Source of the DNA: Bacillota bacterium
GTDB taxonomy: Bacteria > Bacillota > Clostridia > Oscillospirales > Oscillospiraceae
Direction of reading: 5' to 3'
Length of the DNA: 64,000 nt
Assembly (NCBI GenBank): GCA_021768085.1
Contig: JAETOJ010000013.1
Location: forward strand, 2,448-66,447
Numbering within the stretch: position 1 is the first letter of the stretch; the number at the start of each line of letters is the position of its first letter. This document shows positions 26,056 through 35,305 of the stretch, piece by piece. Position numbers and translations under genes: made by a program. Under the pieces are notes generated by a model. It did no database searches and was not told where the DNA came from. It was given only the letters and a program-made list of their open reading frames with translations.

Positions 26056-29000
26056 ATGAAGTTCAAAGCAAGCAAAAAACGGAACAACGGATTCACCTTG
26101 GTAGAGATGTTGGCGGTGACGGCCATTGTGGCCATCCTGCTGGCGATAGGGATAGTGGCGGTGGTGTACTATGCCCGCTGGCTCCACATCACCGAGCTGG
26201 ACAATACCGCCCGGGAGATCTACCTGGCTGCGGAGAACCGGGCGGTGCTGCTGTCCGCCGGCGGACGGCTGGAGGAGCAGGTGAAGGCGGCGGCGGGCGG
26301 TGCGGAGCAGACGGTGACGCCCCCGGACAAGGACAAGAGTGCCACCCCCCTGGCGGCGGGCGGCGGCGCGGCGAACGCCGAGTACCGCTACATATACTAC
26401 AGCGGTAGCGCCAACCAGCTGGAGGATCTGCTGCCCGTGGGGACGATTGACCCGGCGCTGCGTGAGGGCTATTTCTATATTGTGTATGAGGTGAACATGG
26501 GGAGCGTCACCGACGTGTTTTACGCCGAGGATGGCAACCTGTTGGACAATAATAATGATTTCCAGGACTTTTATGAGACGTGGCGGGGTTCCTCCCGGCA
26601 GAAGCGGCTGGATGAGAAGCGGATGATCGGCTACTACGGCGGCGAGGCGGCGGGAAATGATAAGACCGACGCGCTGAGGGCGCCCATCCTCCGGGTGTTC
26701 AACGAGGAGGAGCTGTGGGTGGAGCTCTCCTATGAGGTACCGACGGGGGAGACGCGGACGCCGCAGGTGCGGCTGTACCACGTCGAGGGCGAGAATAAGA
26801 AGTACGAGATAGATCTCAGCGATCTGAGTGGGTGGACAAAGACAACAACAACGGGCATAAACGGCACAACGTATACTTATACCCGGGTGCTGGATTCGCT
26901 GGAAACGGGCAAGCAGTTTCAAAATCTGTATCAGAATAATAGTGTTGTTACAGGCGAAAAGCCGGCCTCTTTCGGGTGGGACTTTACTGTGGAGGCATGG
27001 ACCGAGGGCGGTACTGTGCGCAGCACCTCCGCGTACGACACGGGGAACAGCCTGTTTGCCAGCAGGAAGGAGGAAGGCGATGGAGACGGCCCCGTTGCCT
27101 ACATCGGGAACCTGCGGCACTTGCAAAACCTGGACGAGGAGTTTTCCAAGGTAGAGGACAAGACGGCGGCGGTGCAGATCGCCGATATTGAGCAGAGCTC
27201 CAGCGAGCTTGATTATTATCGAAACTACGAGTTTAAGCCCATCAAAAATTCTGAACTGAAGTCCTATTGTGGTTCCTACGGGGCGAATGAGGCTGACTCT
27301 GTCGTGCACTTTATCAAGGGGCTGACGGTGACTGCTGCCAGCGTGACCGGAAAGCCCGCCGGTGGCCTGTTTGCCACTGTGCAAGGATCGGAGGGGGCAC
27401 CCTGGAAATTTAAAGATGTCCGCCTGATCAATACCCGGGTAAAGATGATAGAAGAAGGCACGGGACAAAGCTTGCCCGCTGGTGCCTTGGTGGGACAGGC
27501 GGGAAATGCCAGCTTTGACGGTTGCTGGGTCTACTGGGAGGGCGAGGCGCTGGAGACGCTGAAGGCTTCCATAATACCGGAGACTGGGTTGGAAGATATG
27601 CACTATCAGATCACGGGCAGCAGCGCTGGCGGGCTGGTGGGTGAGCTGAGCGAAGGAACGATCAAGGACTGCTTTGCGGCCACGCTGGTGAAGGGGACAA
27701 GTGTCGCGGGCGGGCTGGTGGGAATGGCAAATGACACTGTGATCGTGCAGAACTCCTATGCGGACTGCTATCTTACCGCATCCAATGCCGCCGCTGGTTT
27801 GATTGGGACTACCAATGGGACGGTCGATTTTACGAATGTTTACGCCGCCGGATTTGTTGATAATGCAAAGAAAAATGCGGCCGGGCTGTGCTGCAAGAGA
27901 GAAGGCGCGAGCGTTACGGTGACGGCGCAAAACGCCTATTCCGCCATGCACTATAAGAACACAGGGGAAAATGTTATCATTGTACCGCTGGCAGAAGATT
28001 TGGATGTGACCGAAGGTGATAATTCCCATTGCTATTTCCTGCAATACAGTAACGGAACGGGCGGGAGTGCCTACGAAGATATGATCAAAGTGGAGTTCCT
28101 TACGAAGGTAAACAACGGGGGGAACAACTTTGAGTGGAAGTACAGTGACAGCTACCCCTACAGCCTGCTGATGAATTTGACCGCGTATCCCTTCCCGGGG
28201 CTGGTGGGCCTGCCCCACTATGGGGACTGGAACGCTGAATTTGTCAAGCCTGCCCTGGTGTACTTCGAGAAGTACAAGCCAATCGAGGGCGGGACGGATC
28301 AATACGGCTTTTATGTCGATGGCGTGGATACTTTGAAGAAAGATACGGAGATAGAGGGGAGCTACACGGTTCCTCTGGATGGGTATGCCGTGGCGTTCCG
28401 GGAAGAGGATCTTGGGAGCAATAACGCAAATCTTACGATTACATTTACTTACTGGGATGAGGCTGAGAAAGTGCAGACGATATCCCAGGACTATAAGAAG
28501 ACCGGAGGCGGAAATCCCCATGATAATTTTCTGAAGGTAGAACACGATGGAAAAACCTATTACTTGGCAATCCTGCCGGATGGGTTGATCAACCGTGATT
28601 ACGCTTCGAAGAATTTCTATCAGCGCCTGAGCTTCCAGGTGAAGAACGACCCTACAACCACGTGGGCTGCCTACTGCCCCCACTTCGCCAAGACGGCAAG
28701 GCCCATTTCCGAGGGAATGACAGACCAGGAGCTCGCCAACATGGCGAAGCAGGCGCGCGGCTATGTGCGTACACCCCGGCACCTGCGGGCGCTGAGCCAG
28801 TTTGAGACGTATGCCTACGGGGGGAAGATCGAGGAGATCAACGGGAAAAATACCTGGGTCAGCCACACATATACTTATATCCAGGAGCTGGATCTGGATT
28901 ATACGGCCTATGAAGGGTATAATTGGGCTGGTAGTTGGGATAAAGACCTGTATACCCAGGAGCCCATCGGCAAATTCGGCGCGCCCTTCAACGGCAATTA

Positions 29001-32000
29001 CAACGGCGGGTGCCATACCATTCAAAATGTGAAATTCAAGCTACCCGAGGAGAGTGCCCGGCAGTATGCCGGTCTGTTCGGCCTGTCCGCCGGTAATCTG
29101 CAAAATATCGTCTACCTCGTGAATCCGAAGGAGACTATCTCCGTGGCGAGAACGGGTGTGACGCTGTACCTGGGCGCGCTGGCTGGAGGAAGCAGCGGTA
29201 CCATTACCAACTGCGCCGTGGCCGGGGCCGATCTCCAGGGCACGATCTACAACAAGGCCGAGGCATATGTGGGCGGCCTGGTGGGGATCAACAATGGCGC
29301 CATCCAAAACTGCGCTGCCGAGGTGGCCAGCCTGAAGGCCCGCGGGGAAGATTTCTCCACGGCCCGTGCTGGGGGCCTGGTGGGGCGGAACAATGGAACG
29401 ATCAGAACGTCCTACGCCGTGGGCCACATCAGCGGCGAGGCGCAAAATGACTCCTCGGCCCGGGTGTGCGGCTTTGTGGGCTATAACACCGGAACCATTT
29501 CATATAGCTACACAGCGGCCTGGCTGGAGTCCAGCGGAGCCGGGGTGGAGACCTTTGGCTTCTGTGGCGAGCGACTGGGCAGCCAGGATCATACCTACTT
29601 TGTGGACAGCGGCAACTTCACTTACCGGGAGGAGCCCTATAACGGCACCTATTCCACCGGAACGGAGCGGGCGACCCCTATTTCCTACCGGGTGATGACC
29701 GGCGGCGAGCTGGCCGCAGGCGAGAAAAAGCCGGAGTTGGTGGACAATGGCATGAATCAGGGGGGAACAGCCAAGAAGGGTAACGAAGATACACTCCTGG
29801 CGGATCAGTTCCCCCTGCCCACCGGCGTGACGAAGAACGGCGAGCCCGTCCACTATGGTCAGTGGCCCGAGGTGCTGGATCTGGGCGATATGGGGATGTA
29901 CTACTGGGAGAGGATGGAGTTGCCCGGGGCTAACGGAGTCCGAGAAGTCTACGGCGTCAGTATGCTGCGCGTGGATGCTGAAAAAAAGGAAGTGACTGAC
30001 GTCTCCACCCTGGCCACCGCTCATAGCGATGGCGGTGTGGTGGTAGATTATGGGTATGGGTTCTATTGCAGTAAGGGTATAGCAGATGAGGTGAACGTTA
30101 ATACCGAGGGAGTTCGTTACACTCAGGACGGAGTTACAGCGTTTGAGACGTATTACGGAAATCCAATGTATGATCTGGTTTGGTGGATGACCCCTCTGAG
30201 TCAGCTGTCTGATAAAGTAATGGATGAGACGGTAAATGTGAGCTTGAATCAACTAATGGAGCAGTACGAGTTTTTTTCCTACCATAGCTTTGTACCCAAC
30301 TCTGACCCAAATAAACGAGAAGAATCTTATATCCGAGATGGATTGTATCCATTTGCCAAAGAGGATCAGGGCGCTAATGTAGTGGTCAATATGTCGCTGA
30401 GTGGAGACGAGGAAGATCCCGACGGCGTGAAAGTCATGTTTAAATTCAATCCCCACTTTGCGAATGCGTTGTCTGTAGAAGCAGTTGGTTCGGGGAGCGA
30501 CAAGGGTGAGAGCATTGCTGATGATTGGAATGTCAATTCATTGGATAAGGAACCGGGGACGGAGGGCAACCCCTACGAAGTCCGCGCCATGGGCCAGCTG
30601 TCCGCCATCAACTGGAACAGCGAGAATCTGGATACCAAGACGGTGATTGATGGGGAGAGTAACAATACACAATTCCCCTATTTGTCCTATGGAGGACATA
30701 CCAGAGACTATGTTTGGGTGCAGACCCACGATATCCATGGCAACAGCAAAACATATACCCCCATCGCGGAGTACTATGACTACATAAGTCAACCAATTGG
30801 CAGATTGGCGGGTTGGTTCGGTGGATCTTTCAATGGGGACGACTATGTGATCGAAAACGTCAATATCCAGGGCCAGACGTCCTCCGTGGCGGGGTTGTTT
30901 GGGGTGGTGTTCAATGGCTCTTTGAGGAACATTGTGCTCTATAGCTCTGACGGGGCGGGAACAATTTCCAACACCGATAAGAGTGGAGTCAATCACACAA
31001 AGAGTCTGTGGTATTCCATGGGAACTCTGGCCGGCATTGCGGCGGCCAAAGAGAATGCGGATGGATACAAAGGTAACGTGGTGGAAAATTGCTCTGCTTC
31101 GGGATATACCATTCAGTACGGAACCTACAACAAAGTGGATAATGGAGCCGCAAATGATGGTAAAGGCGGCGGCAGTACGATAGGCGGGCTGCTGGGCTCA
31201 TCAGATATGGCGTTGAAAAACTGCACCGCTGCGACCAAAATCCAGATTTTTAAGGGGAAAGCCACGAAAACATTAGGAAATGACAATCTCCGCGCGGGCG
31301 GTCTGACCGGTGTGTGCCAAAACGCAATCACGAACTGCTATGTCGGAGGAAGCATTAAAGTCGAGAATGGCGTGATTGTAAAAAGTGGAAATGCCCTTTA
31401 TTTGGGGGGAATTGTTGGAGGCGGTTATTTCAAGCCTTTATCTGTAAAAGGAGCAAACAAAGGTAAGGATATTGAAATTGGGGGTGGCGGAAGCGGAGTA
31501 TCAGGAAGCGCAACGCTGACTAACTGCTACTCATATGTGGAACTGCCCAGTAAGAGTACGACGGTTTATACGACGCAAGGAGGTTTTGTGCCAAGCGAGG
31601 ACCCTGCACAGGGCGCGAATGAGGATAAAATCAAGGCATTGTATGCGATCGGCGGGCAGGGGGACGGCGACACCGACTATAGTGCCACCAACTGCTATTA
31701 TCTGGAAAGCGAGGTTATGAAGAACAACCTTAATGGGTTCAGCGGAGTGAATGCGACGGATATTCCGTATGTTGGCCGAACTGTGACATTGAGTGACGGA
31801 AGTACTCGAACGCTAACCCCAGACAATGTAGGAGATATTTATGATGTCAGTCCTGCCGTATACAGGAACTTTTATTCTAATGTAAGGGTTAATACTGGTG
31901 GCACTGAGATAACTATCAGATGTCGTATTCAAAATAGTAACGTTGTCGGCGAACCGTTATTTGTGTTTGTGGATGAGAACAATGAGTACTTTGACAATGG

Positions 32001-33690
32001 GAGCCAGGCTCCAGGGAGCGTAAGGGCCAGGTTTTTAGGGTGGATAAAAACCCCAATATCGGGTGGGGGTGGCAGCTGCGAAGTGACCAATGACCCCACA
32101 ATGCTTTATTCCGACCTCATACCCCTTACCTATAAGCAGCTGGCGGGGACGGATCAGATTGAAAAAAATGGAGAGCCGCAAGACATCTATGACTTGCTTC
32201 CCGACTTCGACCCCGTCACCGACACCGAGGACGGCTTCGCGGTTCCCGGCAAGTACAGCTACAACACGAAGATGAGGCCGGAGCTACAGGGTCTGCGCTA
32301 TCCCTTCCCTACCATCCTGACCCGGGACGCGGATGGCAAGAGGGTGCACGTCCACTACGGCGACTGGCCGCTGAACGGCATCGAGCGCGTGACCGGCGGC
32401 GCACCCATCCGTCTGGATCTGCTGAAGGTGGGCGGTGAAGTCAAGACGGAGACACTGACGCTGAGCGCAGAGGTGCCCGAAGGCGGTACGTGGAAGATCG
32501 AGAAGAAGACGCCGGCAGAGGGGGAGCAGTCCCAAAAGTCCATCATTGAGGCTTATTTGGGCGATGTGGAGGGGAATACCACGGCCTCCGATAACAATAG
32601 AAGCTGCAATCTGACAGTAAAGGGGCTTGAGCTGGGCCAGACGGAAGTGACGGTGGTGTACGAGAAGGGCGATGTGGAATATGGCAGGGTGACGATCACC
32701 GTCAATGTGACCGCGACGCTGCGGGTGAGGTCCGAGTTTTCGCCCATCTACGTGTTCCCCGGAGCCAAGAACATCGTGGTGCCGCTGGTGCTGTGCGATG
32801 ACGAGTGGAAGGAACTGAGCCAGGAAAAGCAGGCGGACGTGGAAATCGACCTGCGTAAGAGCAGATGTAGATGGCCCGAAGATCTGCTGAGCAATGCGCA
32901 GCTGGCGGGGCAGAACGGGGACTATTATCTGCTCCTGGAGGCAGTGGACAACCCGGAGGAGGAGAAGTTCAATGAACCACAGGCCATAACGGTCAGTGTG
33001 CCATACACCTACAACGGGGCGGAAATCGAGGCTGAGCACAGTATGCTGTCGGTAGAGATGAGGCCCCTACCGAAGCCAGAGATCAACGAAGAAACGGGTG
33101 TTACCCTGATTACATTCCCGGAGATTCCCCTCGGGAAGGACCAGGATGAGAGTGAGATTACGGTCGTGACCACTGTGAAACAGGCTGAGGTGGATGATGT
33201 TAAGAAACCGGCTTCCGGGAGTTCTGATGATCAGACGACGGATCCTGACACCACAGAGGAGCCAGAAGGCAGGGTAACATATGAAGATAATGTTGTATCG
33301 CTGGAGAATTACGCCCCAGGCAGCGAGGTAACGCTGACGCTGACGCTGGAGCTGAGCCGGAGCAACGCCACAGAGGGTGAGCAGTCCATGACCCAAACTG
33401 TCCCAATGACTGCGATCATTTTGGCGCTGTCTGAGAGCCCGGAGGATGGTGATCAGGGTGCTGAGAACCCCGGGGGCGGGGAAACAAATTCGGAGGCGAA
33501 GCAGGCGGAAAGTCAGGAGACCGTGCAGGCCGCCGAGCCGGAGCAGATTCAAGATCCGGAGCTCCCTGTGGGCGAGAGAGCGAAGCTGCCGGAGGGGCCG
33601 GATCCTGCCCTCCCGGTGGAGGAAAAAACAGACCCCGTCCCGGAGAAAGACGCCGGGACGGGGGAGGATGGGACGGAGCCGGAGCAGTAG
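26056..33690 (+). CDS. Giant (2544 aa) type IV pilin-like protein with GLUG-type repeat modules; putative pilus adhesin
   Basis: Class III signal MKFKASKKRNNG/FTLVEMLAVTAIVAILLAIGIV with Glu+5; repeated GGLVG/GLFG/GGLLG motifs; acidic Pro-rich tail; AAGGAG RBS before ATG 26056. Confidence 0.88.
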   Translation: MKFKASKKRNNGFTLVEMLAVTAIVAILLAIGIVAVVYYARWLHITELDNTAREIYLAAENRAVLLSAGGRLEEQVKAAAGGAEQTVTPPDKDKSATPLAAGGGAANAEYRYIYYSGSANQLEDLLPVGTIDPALREGYFYIVYEVNMGSVTDVFYAEDGNLLDNNNDFQDFYETWRGSSRQKRLDEKRMIGYYGGEAAGNDKTDALRAPILRVFNEEELWVELSYEVPTGETRTPQVRLYHVEGENKKYEIDLSDLSGWTKTTTTGINGTTYTYTRVLDSLETGKQFQNLYQNNSVVTGEKPASFGWDFTVEAWTEGGTVRSTSAYDTGNSLFASRKEEGDGDGPVAYIGNLRHLQNLDEEFSKVEDKTAAVQIADIEQSSSELDYYRNYEFKPIKNSELKSYCGSYGANEADSVVHFIKGLTVTAASVTGKPAGGLFATVQGSEGAPWKFKDVRLINTRVKMIEEGTGQSLPAGALVGQAGNASFDGCWVYWEGEALETLKASIIPETGLEDMHYQITGSSAGGLVGELSEGTIKDCFAATLVKGTSVAGGLVGMANDTVIVQNSYADCYLTASNAAAGLIGTTNGTVDFTNVYAAGFVDNAKKNAAGLCCKREGASVTVTAQNAYSAMHYKNTGENVIIVPLAEDLDVTEGDNSHCYFLQYSNGTGGSAYEDMIKVEFLTKVNNGGNNFEWKYSDSYPYSLLMNLTAYPFPGLVGLPHYGDWNAEFVKPALVYFEKYKPIEGGTDQYGFYVDGVDTLKKDTEIEGSYTVPLDGYAVAFREEDLGSNNANLTITFTYWDEAEKVQTISQDYKKTGGGNPHDNFLKVEHDGKTYYLAILPDGLINRDYASKNFYQRLSFQVKNDPTTTWAAYCPHFAKTARPISEGMTDQELANMAKQARGYVRTPRHLRALSQFETYAYGGKIEEINGKNTWVSHTYTYIQELDLDYTAYEGYNWAGSWDKDLYTQEPIGKFGAPFNGNYNGGCHTIQNVKFKLPEESARQYAGLFGLSAGNLQNIVYLVNPKETISVARTGVTLYLGALAGGSSGTITNCAVAGADLQGTIYNKAEAYVGGLVGINNGAIQNCAAEVASLKARGEDFSTARAGGLVGRNNGTIRTSYAVGHISGEAQNDSSARVCGFVGYNTGTISYSYTAAWLESSGAGVETFGFCGERLGSQDHTYFVDSGNFTYREEPYNGTYSTGTERATPISYRVMTGGELAAGEKKPELVDNGMNQGGTAKKGNEDTLLADQFPLPTGVTKNGEPVHYGQWPEVLDLGDMGMYYWERMELPGANGVREVYGVSMLRVDAEKKEVTDVSTLATAHSDGGVVVDYGYGFYCSKGIADEVNVNTEGVRYTQDGVTAFETYYGNPMYDLVWWMTPLSQLSDKVMDETVNVSLNQLMEQYEFFSYHSFVPNSDPNKREESYIRDGLYPFAKEDQGANVVVNMSLSGDEEDPDGVKVMFKFNPHFANALSVEAVGSGSDKGESIADDWNVNSLDKEPGTEGNPYEVRAMGQLSAINWNSENLDTKTVIDGESNNTQFPYLSYGGHTRDYVWVQTHDIHGNSKTYTPIAEYYDYISQPIGRLAGWFGGSFNGDDYVIENVNIQGQTSSVAGLFGVVFNGSLRNIVLYSSDGAGTISNTDKSGVNHTKSLWYSMGTLAGIAAAKENADGYKGNVVENCSASGYTIQYGTYNKVDNGAANDGKGGGSTIGGLLGSSDMALKNCTAATKIQIFKGKATKTLGNDNLRAGGLTGVCQNAITNCYVGGSIKVENGVIVKSGNALYLGGIVGGGYFKPLSVKGANKGKDIEIGGGGSGVSGSATLTNCYSYVELPSKSTTVYTTQGGFVPSEDPAQGANEDKIKALYAIGGQGDGDTDYSATNCYYLESEVMKNNLNGFSGVNATDIPYVGRTVTLSDGSTRTLTPDNVGDIYDVSPAVYRNFYSNVRVNTGGTEITIRCRIQNSNVVGEPLFVFVDENNEYFDNGSQAPGSVRARFLGWIKTPISGGGGSCEVTNDPTMLYSDLIPLTYKQLAGTDQIEKNGEPQDIYDLLPDFDPVTDTEDGFAVPGKYSYNTKMRPELQGLRYPFPTILTRDADGKRVHVHYGDWPLNGIERVTGGAPIRLDLLKVGGEVKTETLTLSAEVPEGGTWKIEKKTPAEGEQSQKSIIEAYLGDVEGNTTASDNNRSCNLTVKGLELGQTEVTVVYEKGDVEYGRVTITVNVTATLRVRSEFSPIYVFPGAKNIVVPLVLCDDEWKELSQEKQADVEIDLRKSRCRWPEDLLSNAQLAGQNGDYYLLLEAVDNPEEEKFNEPQAITVSVPYTYNGAEIEAEHSMLSVEMRPLPKPEINEETGVTLITFPEIPLGKDQDESEITVVTTVKQAEVDDVKKPASGSSDDQTTDPDTTEEPEGRVTYEDNVVSLENYAPGSEVTLTLTLELSRSNATEGEQSMTQTVPMTAIILALSESPEDGDQGAENPGGGETNSEAKQAESQETVQAAEPEQIQDPELPVGERAKLPEGPDPALPVEEKTDPVPEKDAGTGEDGTEPEQ

Positions 33691-33721
33691 ACGGCCCGGA
33701 ACAGGGAAGGGAGGACGTCCC

Positions 33722-34456
33722 ATGAAGAAAATACGGGAAAAGCTGCGCAGTGAGAGTGGGGCGTCCATCCTTCTGGCTCTGCTGTTCTTCCTGCTGTGCG
33801 CAATGGTGGGGGCGTCGGTGCTGATGGCGGCGGCGTCCAACGCTGGAAAGAGCCGCAGCAACCGGGAGGAGCAACAGAAGTACCTAACGCTGTCCTCGGC
33901 GCTACAACTGGTATGCGACGAGCTGACGGCGGCGGAGTATAAGGCGAGCTTTGCCTGGACAAAAACCGAAGAGATCATGAAAAATGTTGGGACAGTGGAT
34001 AAGCCAAATTTGGTGGTAGACCATTACAAACATTACTACGAACAAAAAACTGGTGAGTATACAGGGAAATTCCCGGAAGGTGTGCTACCTTTGCGAAACA
34101 CGCTGGACAGCCTGTTTGCCAAAACCCTCCCGCTCCCGAAGACGTTTGAAAATACGGATGAGTACATTTATCAAGTCGGATCCGGCGTGACGGTTGCACC
34201 AGGCGGAACGTTTGAACTGACTCTGACTGTGGACGCGGATGACAAGCCGGGGCTGGCCCAGCCGGTAAAGGTGGAGGTAACGCTGGACGAGAATTACCGT
34301 CTATCCCTCAAGGCCTGGCTGGAAAACGATTCAACCTATACCATGTATGGGACGTTTTTGACCACCGGAACGCCAGAGCTCACGGCGGGGGCGACGAGCT
34401 CTACTGCCATTGGCTGGACGCTGGGTCAGATCACCCGGGAGGAGGCCAAGGGATGA
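33722..34456 (+). CDS. Minor pilin, PilX/GspK-like (no Glu+5)
   Basis: MKKIREKLRSESG/ASILLALLFFLLCAMVG class III signal lacking E5. Confidence 0.75.
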   Translation: MKKIREKLRSESGASILLALLFFLLCAMVGASVLMAAASNAGKSRSNREEQQKYLTLSSALQLVCDELTAAEYKASFAWTKTEEIMKNVGTVDKPNLVVDHYKHYYEQKTGEYTGKFPEGVLPLRNTLDSLFAKTLPLPKTFENTDEYIYQVGSGVTVAPGGTFELTLTVDADDKPGLAQPVKVEVTLDENYRLSLKAWLENDSTYTMYGTFLTTGTPELTAGATSSTAIGWTLGQITREEAKG

Positions 34457-34770
34457 GACGCAAATTAAAAGACAACCGGGGCGAGACCCTGGTGGAGATG
34501 CTGGCCTCCATTCTGATCGCGGCGCTGGCGGTGGCTCTGCTGTTCACCTGCTGCATGGTGTCGGTGCAGATGGGCGGCCAGGCCCGGGCAGCGGACGAGA
34601 GGTACTATGAGAACTTGTCTGCGGCGGAGGGTAAAACAGGAGCATTAGAAAATGGCCAAGTGAATGTGGCGGGAGACGCCAGCAACGTTAAGATTGAGAT
34701 CCAACTTTACGGCGGCGAGGGGACGTACTCCTACCAGTGGAAAAAGGAGGGGGTTTCCGGTGGCCCGTAA
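34453..34770 (+). CDS. Minor pilin (PilV-like)
   Basis: MRRKLKDNRG/ETLVEMLASILIAAL. Confidence 0.8.
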   Translation: MRRKLKDNRGETLVEMLASILIAALAVALLFTCCMVSVQMGGQARAADERYYENLSAAEGKTGALENGQVNVAGDASNVKIEIQLYGGEGTYSYQWKKEGVSGGP

Positions 34771-35293
34771 GTGGAAGGACAGCCGGGGCCTGACCCTGGT
34801 GGAGATGCTGTGTGCGGTGGCCATTCTGGTGCTGCTGGGGCTGCTGATCAACACAGGACTACAGCTGGCCGTGCACAGCTACCAGGACATCACCGCCCAG
34901 GAGGAGCTGGAACTGCTGGCGGCCTCCCTTAGCAACGCCCTGGCGGACGATCTGCGTTACGCCAAATTTCCGGAGACTGGCGCCGGCAAGAGTTTGCGGA
35001 ATTACCACAGTGAGCGGTATAACGGCAATCAGATGCACACGGTGCTGTCCATAGGGACAGGCGACGAGAACGACGGAAAAGACAAAGGGCAACTTTACGC
35101 CAACGACTACCGGATGCTCCCCAGCGGGGCCTATGGAAGTGGGGGAGCCTACGTCATCCCGGAGGATGGCCTTAAAATCACATATGAAAACGGAATATTT
35201 ACCGTGAACTTGACGGTGAAGCAGGCAGCGGGGGAGCTTTCGGCCCAGGCGCATTTCACCGTCCGGTGCCTAAATCCTGGGGCAAAAAGATAG
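34760..35293 (+). CDS. Minor pilin (PilW/PilJ-like)
   Basis: GTG start; KWKDSRG/LTLVEMLCAVAILVLLG. Confidence 0.8.
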   Translation: MARKWKDSRGLTLVEMLCAVAILVLLGLLINTGLQLAVHSYQDITAQEELELLAASLSNALADDLRYAKFPETGAGKSLRNYHSERYNGNQMHTVLSIGTGDENDGKDKGQLYANDYRMLPSGAYGSGGAYVIPEDGLKITYENGIFTVNLTVKQAAGELSAQAHFTVRCLNPGAKR

Positions 35294-35305
35294 GGGGCGG
35301 GAGCC

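Noticed and set aside
25951-29025. 1024-aa ORF on the minus strand
   Set aside because: Antisense shadow of the giant pilin gene; no motifs or RBS; typical of high-GC DNA.
33420-33690. Cell-wall sorting signal at the end of the giant protein
   Set aside because: Pro/Glu-rich, but no LPXTG, hydrophobic helix or basic tail before the stop codon.
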